The position numbers and the translations under genes were made by a program. Shown here piece after piece: positions 50,338 to 59,733 of a stretch of 64,000 nt of DNA (its first letter is position 1; every line of letters starts with the position of its first letter). Source of the stretch: an uncultured bacterium. Its GTDB lineage: Bacteria > Armatimonadota > Hebobacteria > Hebobacterales > Hebobacteraceae. Where the stretch lies: assembly GCA_964385645.1 (NCBI GenBank), contig CAYLPT010000072.1:4207-68206 (forward strand). The letters are read 5' to 3'. Below the pieces are notes generated by a model that saw only the letters and a list, made by a program, of their open reading frames with translations, searched no databases and was not told the origin of the DNA.

Positions 50338-51071
50338 GGGCATGGATCGCCTTCTGGAGCATCCTCCACAAGGATCTGCGGGCCTACTACCTCAAGCCGC
50401 CCAACATCAGTTGGGGGCTGATCTTCCCCCTCGCCTGGGCGGGGATGTTCTTCCTGCGCTCGGGCGCGGGGATGGACAGCGTCCGGTCGCTGCTGCCGGG
50501 GGTGATGGCGGTCTCCGTGCTGTTCGGGACCACGTCAATGTTGGCGGTGACGATCACCTTCGAGAAGCGGACGCGCTCCTTCGAGCGGCTGCTGCTGGCG
50601 CCGATCTCCCTGCAGTTGCTGATGTTGGCCAAGACCACCGGCGCGATCCTGTTCGGGGTGGTGAACGCCTTCGTGCCCGCGCTGATGGCGGCCTTCCTGA
50701 CCGACCTGTCGGGGGTCGCCTGGGGGGTGCTGGTGGCGAGTGTGGTTCTGATCGCAGTCAGCTCGACCTTCCTGGGGCTGTTCATCGCGGTGTCGGTGAG
50801 CGAGGTGTTCGAGGCGCAGACCTTCTCGAACTTCTTCCGCTTCCCGATGCTGTTCCTGTGCGGGCTGTTCTTCCCCATCGCGCGGCTGCCGGTCTGGCTG
50901 CGCCCGCTCTCCTACGTGCTGCCCCTGACCTATGGCGCGGACGCGATGCACAGCGCCATCCAGGGGGCGGGGCGGCTGCCGCTGGCACTGGACTTCGCAA
51001 TGCTGGCGATCTTCTGTGCGGTGCTGTTCGCCGGCAGCCTGCGCAACATCAGGCGGAAGTGGATCCTGTGA
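50334..51071 (+). CDS. ABC-2 family transporter permease
   Basis: 245 aa, 6 TM. ATGA overlap with the ATPase gene. KPPNISWGLIFPLAWAGMF is the typical ABC-2 N-terminus. Confidence 0.88.
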   Translation: MRAWIAFWSILHKDLRAYYLKPPNISWGLIFPLAWAGMFFLRSGAGMDSVRSLLPGVMAVSVLFGTTSMLAVTITFEKRTRSFERLLLAPISLQLLMLAKTTGAILFGVVNAFVPALMAAFLTDLSGVAWGVLVASVVLIAVSSTFLGLFIAVSVSEVFEAQTFSNFFRFPMLFLCGLFFPIARLPVWLRPLSYVLPLTYGADAMHSAIQGAGRLPLALDFAMLAIFCAVLFAGSLRNIRRKWIL

Positions 51072-51382
51072 GCGCGGGGAAGGGGCAGGCGCGGCGGACA
51101 GGGTGAAGCCGGGGGCCCGCGCCGCCGGCCGGAGGGGCTCCCATACGCGGGGAGAGGCCCCGGCCCCGGGCATCGCGCTGAGCGTGCAGGCGCATGCGTG
51201 CTGGGCATCCGGGGCCAGGACCCTCCCGTGCGACTGCGGACGAGCAGTGCGCGCGGGGCTTCGACGAGCACCCTATGCCGTGTACTATGGGCCGCCTTGT
51301 CCTCGCCGCCTGCGCAGGCGAGGCCCGATGGGACGGACCAGCCTACACCATAGCAGTGTAGCAGAGTCGGTCCAAAGATGCA

Positions 51383-51412
51383 TTGCACCTTCTGACTAAG
51401 GTCTTGTATATT
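51383..51412 (+). promoter_or_regulatory. candidate promoter TTGCAC-18-TATATT directly abutting the AraC start (possible leaderless mRNA)
   Basis: The -10 ends at 51412 and the ATG is at 51419. No SD between them. This is the AT-richest stretch of this intergenic region. Confidence 0.4.
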
Positions 51413-51418
51413 CAACTC

Positions 51419-52324
51419 ATGACCCAGGGACAGGAAGTGCCCTATAGCACCCCGGACTGGACGGTGCGCTGTACCCATGTGAGCTTCCGGCTGGACACAG
51501 CGAGGCCGTTCCACGCGACCATCGTCCGCTTCCCGGCGCCCACGCGGCCGCGGGTGAGCATCCACGATGGGTTCGAGATCTGCGTGATGCTGCGGGGGGG
51601 CGCCGACATGCATGTGGGCGATGGGTTCAGCTCCGGCCGGCCCGGGGACCTTTGGCTGATGGGCATGTGGGAGCCACACCGTTGGCGCATCACGAAACGG
51701 TGCACGGAGCAGGTCAGCCTGATCTTCCTGCCCGAGTACATCGGGGACGATGTGCTCCGCGTCAGCGCCTGGATGGGGATGTTCGCCTGCGCGCCGCAGG
51801 ACCGGCCCGCGGTGCGGAGCGAGGCAATGCGCCGCAGCGTGCTGGCGATCGGACGGGAGCTGCGAGCAGAGATCGAGGCGAAGCGCTGCGGCTGGGAGAG
51901 GGGGGTGCGCCTGGGGGCGCTGCGCCTCCTCCATCTGCTCGAGAGGGAGTGGCAGCCGCCGCGGCGCCTGGCAGGGGTGGCCAGCACCGAGGCGCTCCCC
52001 AGACACATGAGCCGCATCATGCCGGCGATCGCGGCCGTGCACGCGCGCCCGGCCGACCGGGTGAGGCTGACGGACGCGGCCGCCGCCTGCGGCCTCAGCC
52101 CGGCGCAGTTCAACCGCGTGTTCCACCAGGCCACAGGGGTGAGCTTCGGGCGCTTCCGGCTGCGGTCGCGCCTCGCCTATGCCGCTAACCTGATCTACGG
52201 TACCGACCTCTGCCTGGAGACTATCGCCCAGCGCGCCGGCTTCACCGACGCCAGCCACCTGCACCGGAGCTTCGCTCGCTCCTATGGCGTGACCCCTGGC
52301 GCGTACCGGGCCGCCAACCGCTGA
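51419..52324 (+). CDS. AraC family transcriptional regulator
   Basis: 301 aa. Cupin-like N-domain and C-terminal HTH pair LTDAAAACGLSPAQFNRVFHQATG...IAQRAGFTDASHLHRSFARSYGVTPGAYR. Confidence 0.88.
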   Translation: MTQGQEVPYSTPDWTVRCTHVSFRLDTARPFHATIVRFPAPTRPRVSIHDGFEICVMLRGGADMHVGDGFSSGRPGDLWLMGMWEPHRWRITKRCTEQVSLIFLPEYIGDDVLRVSAWMGMFACAPQDRPAVRSEAMRRSVLAIGRELRAEIEAKRCGWERGVRLGALRLLHLLEREWQPPRRLAGVASTEALPRHMSRIMPAIAAVHARPADRVRLTDAAAACGLSPAQFNRVFHQATGVSFGRFRLRSRLAYAANLIYGTDLCLETIAQRAGFTDASHLHRSFARSYGVTPGAYRAANR

Positions 52325-53797
<1,473 letters not shown>

Positions 53798-54148
53798 CTA
53801 GCTGGCGAGGATGGCGACGAGGATCAGCAGCAGGAGAACCGTCACGGTGTCCCACTGCTGCCCGGTGGCGCCGGCGGCCTGGAGCGCGTCCAGGTCCGCG
53901 GCGATGGCGTGCACCTCCTCGTCGGTCAGGAGCTCGACGCGGCCGGCCGCCGCCTCCTCCGAGAGGCCGAAGTCCATGAGCTTGCCCTTGACGAGCTCCC
54001 GCGCGGCGGCGATGGCCTCAGCGTCGGGTCCCCCGGGGGCCGCGCAGGCGGCCTGTGAGGGCACCGGCGCGGCCCACGCGCCTGGGCCGAAGAGGGCCAG
54101 CGTGAGCACCGCGACGAGGGTGAGGGAGAACAGCCGTCTTGCCCGCAT
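53798..54148 (-). CDS. small secreted, C-terminally tail-anchored protein (PA2779-family-like)
   Basis: 116 aa with strong AAGGAGGTGA SD. Signal peptide MRARRLFSLTLVAVLTLALFGPGAWA, acidic helical core GLSEEAAAGRVELLTDEEVHAIAADLDALQAAG, and terminal TM TVTVLLLLILVAILAS. Confidence 0.6.
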   Translation of the reverse strand: MRARRLFSLTLVAVLTLALFGPGAWAAPVPSQAACAAPGGPDAEAIAAARELVKGKLMDFGLSEEAAAGRVELLTDEEVHAIAADLDALQAAGATGQQWDTVTVLLLLILVAILAS

Positions 54149-54228
54149 GGTAACCGGTTCACCTCCTTTCGATCGGTCTCCCGGGGCCGGGGGTTCGCCC
54201 GCCCCGGGAACCGTGGCCCGCCGAACCT

Positions 54229-55152
54229 TCAGATTCCGCGCTCGCGCTCGAGCGCCTGCTGCCGGATTCGCTCGGCGCGCGCGAAGTAGGCCTCCCGCCC
54301 CTCCAGGCTGAACTCGGCCATCAGATCATCCACACTCAGACCCTCCCGCTCTGAGGCGATCACCCAGCAGGCCTCGCGCGAGTAGTAGCGGAAGGAGACC
54401 CCGGGGCCATAGGCGGCCAGGATGTCGTCGAGCTTGTCGGAGTTGTAGTCCAGGTGGAGCAGGCGCGAGTCCAGGTTGACGCGGCGTGCGACGACCACCT
54501 CGGAGGTGGACTCGGCGAGCACCTCGCCCCCGCGGTCCACGATCATGCCCAGCTCGCCGGTGATGGCGCTGACCATGAAGGCGGCGAGCTGGAAGGCCCA
54601 CATCCGAAGCTGCAGCCCTCCTCGGTACATCGAGCAGAAGAACACGGCCTCCGCGCCGGCCCGGCCGAGGCCCTCCATAGTGTCGCCGAAGTTGAGGTCG
54701 AAGCAGATGCACAGCCCGATGCGGCCGAAGTCAACGTCGTAGACCCCCACCTGCTCGCCCGGCGTGATCCCCTGCTCGATCTCGCTGATGGTCGGGTGCA
54801 TCTTGTGGTACACGCCGGCGACGCGGCCCCGGCGGTCGAGCAGCACCGCCGAGTTGTGCACCCTGTCGCCCTCCCGGGTGAGCGTGGGCCACACGATGTA
54901 CAGAGCGCGCTCCCTGGCGCACTCCCCCAGGGCGGCGATGGTGGGGCCGCTGGCCGGGTCCTCCGCGAGCTCCATCCACCTCTCCCAGCCCTCGGCCTGG
55001 CCGAGCTGGGCATACACCTCGGGGAACGCGACGATGTCCGCGCCCTGGCGCGCGGCCCGCTCGACGAGGCGCGCGGCCCGCGCAAGCAGCGCCTGCCGGC
55101 CCTGAGCGGGGGGATACTCGGACACGCTCGCAAGGGTCACATATCTGGCCAT
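54229..55152 (-). CDS. carbon-nitrogen hydrolase (nitrilase superfamily) protein
   Basis: 307 aa. Catalytic triad contexts VAFPEV (Glu), YHKMHP (Lys) and GLCICFDLNF (Cys). ~60-aa C-terminal extension. Confidence 0.85.
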   Translation of the reverse strand: MARYVTLASVSEYPPAQGRQALLARAARLVERAARQGADIVAFPEVYAQLGQAEGWERWMELAEDPASGPTIAALGECARERALYIVWPTLTREGDRVHNSAVLLDRRGRVAGVYHKMHPTISEIEQGITPGEQVGVYDVDFGRIGLCICFDLNFGDTMEGLGRAGAEAVFFCSMYRGGLQLRMWAFQLAAFMVSAITGELGMIVDRGGEVLAESTSEVVVARRVNLDSRLLHLDYNSDKLDDILAAYGPGVSFRYYSREACWVIASEREGLSVDDLMAEFSLEGREAYFARAERIRQQALERERGI

Positions 55153-55174
55153 CCAGTGATCTCCTGGGCGCCCT

Positions 55175-55891
55175 TCACTCCGGCGTAGGCCGCGCAGCGC
55201 CGTGGTTCGCCGGCCCTGGCGGCGACGCCTGCCCGCAGCGGGCGAGCGCCTCGCGGAGGACGGCCAGGCGCTCAGTCACGGCGGCAAGGAGATCCGGGTC
55301 CTCGGCCTCCGCGGCGGCGCGCTCCAGCAGCGCGGCCGCGCGCTCGTGGTCGCCGCGGAGATGGTGGAGCCAGCCGAGGGTGTCGAGGCCGTGGGCGCGG
55401 TGAACCCCGGCCTCCTCCAGCAGGGGAGTGAGGCGGGCGACGGCCTCGTCGAGGTGCAGGCCCAGATGGGCGCAGAGGTCGGCGAAGTTGTTGGCGGCGA
55501 TGAAGCTGTGCGGGTCGGCGGCCATCGCCTGCCGATAGCGAAACAGCGCTTCCTCATGTCGGCCCTGCGCGCGCCTCACGTTGCCGAGGTTCACATAGGC
55601 CGGCGAGTACCGCGGATCGCGCCAGACGGCCTGCTGGTACGCCCACGCGGCCTCCTCAAGCCGGCCCCCCCGCTCGTAGAGGACCCCCAGGTCGGTGAGT
55701 TGTTGCGCGCTGAGGCTGGCCAGTATGCGCTCCACCTGTTGGCGGCCGGGCTGGCGGTCCACCCGGGCGCGGTACGCGCGCAGGGCGGCCGAGAGGTCCA
55801 CGTAGACGCCGTCGCGCTCCGTCTGGCAGCCCCACAGCAGGCACGCGGCGGCGAGCCCCAGGGCCAGGGCGACTCGCGCGCCGCCGCTCAT
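55175..55891 (-). CDS. TPR-repeat lipoprotein
   Basis: 238 aa from ATG 55889-91, in an ATGA overlap with the peptidase stop. Lipobox-like AACLLWGCQ. TPR repeats (AWAYQQAVWRDPRYSPAYVNLGNV...). Confidence 0.8.
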   Translation of the reverse strand: MSGGARVALALGLAAACLLWGCQTERDGVYVDLSAALRAYRARVDRQPGRQQVERILASLSAQQLTDLGVLYERGGRLEEAAWAYQQAVWRDPRYSPAYVNLGNVRRAQGRHEEALFRYRQAMAADPHSFIAANNFADLCAHLGLHLDEAVARLTPLLEEAGVHRAHGLDTLGWLHHLRGDHERAAALLERAAAEAEDPDLLAAVTERLAVLREALARCGQASPPGPANHGAARPTPE

Positions 55892-56445
55892 CGCGGCCCC
55901 CGCTCTGGGTGGGCAGCCCTCCCCTCGACGATGAGCATCCACCGCCCGCACTCCGCCCAGTCCCGCCCGAACCGGGCCGCTGGCACCGCCTCCTCGCGCC
56001 CGCGGCCGGCGTCCACGTACCACAGCGCGGCGACCTCATCGTAGCCCCGGAGGACGACGAAGTGGTTGCGGTCAGCGAGGGCCCCCCGAGCGCGGACCAT
56101 GCAGATCACCGGCAGGTCGCGTGCGAGCACGGCCCGAAGCTGCTCCTCCGAGCCGGCCTCGGCGCGTGCCGTGAATCCGCGCTGTCGCGCCCAGAGCAAC
56201 AGGTCGAGGTTGATGGCCCCCCGGTAGGCGGAGAGGTGGATGTCGCGCGCGATGTCGGCCGGCCGGACCGACTCGCCGTGGTACTGGAGCACTGCGGCAA
56301 GGGCGGCCGGGCCGCAGTGGTCGCGGCTGGGATCGGCCAGCGGTACGCCTGCGACGCGGTGGGCCGGGGGCGGCGGCGCGGGACCCGCTCCGGCCGCGAG
56401 GGCCGCGGCGAGCACGGCCGCGAGTGGGGCGAGCAGCATGTGCAT
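55888..56445 (-). CDS. secreted C39-like (papain-fold) cysteine peptidase domain protein (PA2778-family-like)
   Basis: 185 aa from ATG 56443-45, with a signal peptide. Catalytic Cys context DHCGPAALAAVLQYHG and His context RNHFVVLRGYD. Confidence 0.65.
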   Translation of the reverse strand: MHMLLAPLAAVLAAALAAGAGPAPPPPAHRVAGVPLADPSRDHCGPAALAAVLQYHGESVRPADIARDIHLSAYRGAINLDLLLWARQRGFTARAEAGSEEQLRAVLARDLPVICMVRARGALADRNHFVVLRGYDEVAALWYVDAGRGREEAVPAARFGRDWAECGRWMLIVEGRAAHPERGPR

Positions 56446-56533
56446 GGGCAACCCCCGCGGAGCTGGCTTCGCCGCCGGGACCGCGGCCCCTGTCGCGGGA
56501 AGGCGCGCGCAGGACGCGGCGGCGCGGGCTGGA

Positions 56534-57520
56534 ATGGAGGATGCGGAGGGCGCTCGCGTGGGATCGCGGACTTCGCTTCTCTCGACGGTCATCGCGGCCG
56601 CCCTGCTGGTGGTCGGGCGCCTGCCGGGGGCGCCCCGCGGCGCCGCATCGGGCGACCCGACGCCCACCGTCCGGCCGGCGGCCGTGGTGGGCGCCTTCTA
56701 CCCCGCGAACCGCGATGAGCTTGCCGCCGCCGTCGCGAGCTACCTTGCCCAGGCCTGCCCCGCCCGGCACGGGGGCGACCTCGTGGCCCTCATCGTGCCC
56801 CACGCCGGCTTCGTGTACAGCGGCCTGGTGGCCGGTGAGGCCTACCGTCAGGTCGTGGGGCGCCACTACGACACCGTCGTCGTCGCGGGGCCGAGCCACC
56901 AGGTCGCATTCCGCGGGTTCGCCATCTCGGGGGCCGACCAGTGGGAGACGCCGCTGGGCCGTGTGAAGCTCGACCAGGCGGGGCGAGACGAGCTGCTCCG
57001 GCTGCTGAGCGCAGCCCAGGTGTTCGACCCCGCGCACGCGCCCGAGCACTCGATCGAGGTGCAGCTCCCCTTCCTACAGGTGGTCGCGCCTGATGCCGCG
57101 CTCCTGCCTGTGCTCATGCCCGATGGATCGCTGGCGGCGGCCCAGGAGCTGGGCGAGGCGCTGGCGCGCTACGCGCAAGGGCGGTCGGTGCTGCTGGTCG
57201 CGAGCAGCGATATGTCGCACTACCCCGGCTATGAGGACGCGGTGCGGGCGGACCGCGAGGTTCTCTCAGCGATCCAGCGGCTGGACGCCGCACACCTCGA
57301 GGCCACCGTCGCGGAGCTGCTGGCGCGGGGAGTCCCGGGGCTGAGCACAGCCCTGTGCGGGCAGGGCGCGGTGAAGGCGATCCTCGTTGCCGCGCGCGCC
57401 CTGGGCGCTGACCGGGTAGAGGTGCTGCGGTACGCGAACTCGGGGGACATCCCTGGCGCGCCTCGCGACCGGGTGGTGGGCTACTGCGCCGTGGGCATCT
57501 ACCGGAGCCGGCGGCCCTGA
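56534..57520 (+). CDS. MEMO1/AmmeMemoRadiSam system protein B family protein with N-terminal hydrophobic segment
   Basis: ~320-328 aa; ATG 56534 or GTG 56558 (GGAGGG SD). GAFYPANRDEL, ALIVPHAGFVYSG, EHSIEVQLPFLQ, ASSDMSHY and LCGQGAV are the Memo-type metal-site contexts. Confidence 0.8.
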   Translation: MEDAEGARVGSRTSLLSTVIAAALLVVGRLPGAPRGAASGDPTPTVRPAAVVGAFYPANRDELAAAVASYLAQACPARHGGDLVALIVPHAGFVYSGLVAGEAYRQVVGRHYDTVVVAGPSHQVAFRGFAISGADQWETPLGRVKLDQAGRDELLRLLSAAQVFDPAHAPEHSIEVQLPFLQVVAPDAALLPVLMPDGSLAAAQELGEALARYAQGRSVLLVASSDMSHYPGYEDAVRADREVLSAIQRLDAAHLEATVAELLARGVPGLSTALCGQGAVKAILVAARALGADRVEVLRYANSGDIPGAPRDRVVGYCAVGIYRSRRP

Positions 57521-57548
57521 CCCGGCCACCCGCGCTGGCGGGATGGCG

Positions 57549-59459
57549 TCAGAAACCTGCGGGGACCGGGACGCCGTGCAGCCGGGCCTCCGTGACGGCT
57601 CGCCCGAGCTGACCGCGGACCTGTTGGGTGCGCCGGTCGGTCGGGTGCCAGTAGGCGAACTCGGCGGCCGCTCTGGCGAGGTTCGCCTCCGCGGCTGCGT
57701 AGTGACCCAGGCGGATGTTGACCCGTGTCAGTGCGCTGAGGCCCAGCACATTACCGGGCTGCAGTTCGACGGCGTGGCTGAGCAGGGGCTCCACCTCCTC
57801 GACCGGCCAGCCCTGGTCGAGGTGCAGATCGGCGAGGTACACGGCCGCTGACGTGTAGTCGGGCGCGACCCTGAGGGCTTGCCGCCAGCTCCGGGCTGCC
57901 GCTTCGAGGTCGCCGAGCGACTGCTGGGCGAGTCCGAGGAACACCCACGCGTCCGCGTCCTCCGGGTCGTCGGCGATCGCGCGCTCGAGCGCCTCCCGCG
58001 CCTCTGGCAGCCGCTGGGCGGTCCCCAATGCACGCCCGATGTAGAACCAATCGCGGTTGGCGGCGCGGCTGCGCCGCGCGCCGTAGGCGTCGGAGTTGAC
58101 GAGCAGAGCGAGGACCACCAGCCCCAGGGCCGCGCCTCCGAGCGCGCCCCAGCGGCGGCCCTTCGCAAGGCGGACGACCGAGAACACCGCGTAGGAGGCG
58201 AAGACGCTCAAGATCGGCACCGCGGGCATCCGGTAGCGCCCACAGAAGAAGAAGACGATGACCGCGAGCATGTGCGCCAGCACGATCAGGGTGAGCACCC
58301 AGGAGTCGCGGCTGCGCCAGCCTCCCAGGGCGATCCCCAGCAGCGCCAGCGGGCCGAGCACGCCGAAGGTGAGCGGCAGGATCCGCAGCATGGAGGCGTG
58401 CTGCCGGCCCCAGTCGTAGCTGAGGTTGTTGGGCACCTCGTAGGCGTTCCAGTAGGCGTAGGCCTTCCTGAGCAGGAGGGCGAGCGCCTCGCCGGGGTGT
58501 TCCCGCCAGAACTCCCTCACCTTGCGGAGCCAGTACTGCCCCTGGGTGCGGGGCGAGATCGCGCCCGCCTGCCTGGCCTCGTACCAGGTGCGCTCCCAGG
58601 CGATGCCGGAGGGGATGGGCGAGATGCCGTCGGCCCCGGGGCGGTTCCCCGTGTACAGGTTGATGGGGCCATTGGTGGAGATCCAGATGAGCTCATTGCT
58701 GACCAGGTAGTTGCGCACGGTGATGGGCAGGATCGGCAGGACGATCCCGAGGGCGAAAATCCCCGCCAGACGGGCCAGGCCCCTCGGGCTCTCGGCCCGG
58801 CGGAGCACGACGACCATCGCCCCCAGGGCTACCGCTGCGAAGGAGAGGAGGTTGGGCCTGGTGAGGCCGAGCACGCCGAGGAGCAGGCCGAGGCCGAACC
58901 ACCGCGCGCCGGTGGGCCGGTCGAGCACAGCGAGAAGGGCGAGCACGAAGCCGAGGGTCAGGAGCGTCGCGACGGCGGTGTCGAGTAGCTGCCCCTCCCG
59001 GAACAGAGCGGGGCTGTAGAGCGCCAGAAAACCGCCAGCCAACAGGCCCACGCCGGCGCCGAACACCCGCCGGCCCAGGCTGTAGGTCATCCCGCACACG
59101 ACGGCCCCGAGGAGCAGCTGGATCGCCCGCGCGCCGAAGAGGGCCGGCCGCCCCTCCCCCAGCAGAAGCTGAACGAGCGCCAGATAGTAGGTGTATAGGG
59201 GCGCCTTGGCGAGCACCTCGTTGTTGCCGATGCCGAGGGTCCGCAGCAGCACCAGGCTCCAGCTATACTGGGTGTGGGAGTCGAGGATCGGCTGGTAGAA
59301 GTCAGGCCAGCGCTGGATCTGGAACAGGTAGACAAGCCGGGGCACGAGGGCGAGGGCGATGATCGCGGCGACATGCAGGCGCGGGTCGCCGAGACGATCT
59401 CGTCTCGGTGAGGCCGGCCCCTCGGCGTGCGGGCTTTGCGCGGCGTCCTCGGCTGTCAT
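57549..59459 (-). CDS. GT-C (family 39/ArnT-like) membrane glycosyltransferase fused to C-terminal TPR repeats
   Basis: 636 aa. ~11 TM N-domain followed by TPR repeats (ADAWVFLGLAQQSLGDLEAAARSWRQALRVAPDY...). Confidence 0.75.
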   Translation of the reverse strand: MTAEDAAQSPHAEGPASPRRDRLGDPRLHVAAIIALALVPRLVYLFQIQRWPDFYQPILDSHTQYSWSLVLLRTLGIGNNEVLAKAPLYTYYLALVQLLLGEGRPALFGARAIQLLLGAVVCGMTYSLGRRVFGAGVGLLAGGFLALYSPALFREGQLLDTAVATLLTLGFVLALLAVLDRPTGARWFGLGLLLGVLGLTRPNLLSFAAVALGAMVVVLRRAESPRGLARLAGIFALGIVLPILPITVRNYLVSNELIWISTNGPINLYTGNRPGADGISPIPSGIAWERTWYEARQAGAISPRTQGQYWLRKVREFWREHPGEALALLLRKAYAYWNAYEVPNNLSYDWGRQHASMLRILPLTFGVLGPLALLGIALGGWRSRDSWVLTLIVLAHMLAVIVFFFCGRYRMPAVPILSVFASYAVFSVVRLAKGRRWGALGGAALGLVVLALLVNSDAYGARRSRAANRDWFYIGRALGTAQRLPEAREALERAIADDPEDADAWVFLGLAQQSLGDLEAAARSWRQALRVAPDYTSAAVYLADLHLDQGWPVEEVEPLLSHAVELQPGNVLGLSALTRVNIRLGHYAAAEANLARAAAEFAYWHPTDRRTQQVRGQLGRAVTEARLHGVPVPAGF

Positions 59460-59513
59460 CTCCCGCTCCGGTGGTGGCGCTCGGGCGCCTTGGTGTCATG
59501 CTGAGCGTAACTA

Positions 59514-59629
59514 GTCCGCCAGACGGCGGACGTCCGGTGTCTCGGGCCTGCAGGCCCGAGACCGCGCGCCCGGCCGGCCTGGCGGGACAGGCGCCCAGCC
59601 TGTCCGGTCCTGGCCAGACAGGCTGTCTG
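59514..59629. repeat. cluster of four GC-rich perfect palindromes/hairpins in a 274-nt intergenic region
   Basis: GTCCGCC-agac-GGCGGAC (59514-31); GTCTCGGGCC-tgca-GGCCCGAGAC (59539-62); GGACAGGC-gccca-GCCTGTCC (59585-605); CAGACAG-g-CTGTCTG (59615-29). GACAGGC occurs twice and GCCTGTC once, so alternative pairings are possible. Confidence 0.6.
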
Positions 59630-59733
59630 CCCCACCGGGTACGGCCAGTCGCGCCCGGGTGCTGTCCTCAGTTCACCACAGGGAGGCGCTTCTCCTGCGC
59701 GCCCTGGCACGGCGGCAGGCCGCCCCCCGGACG

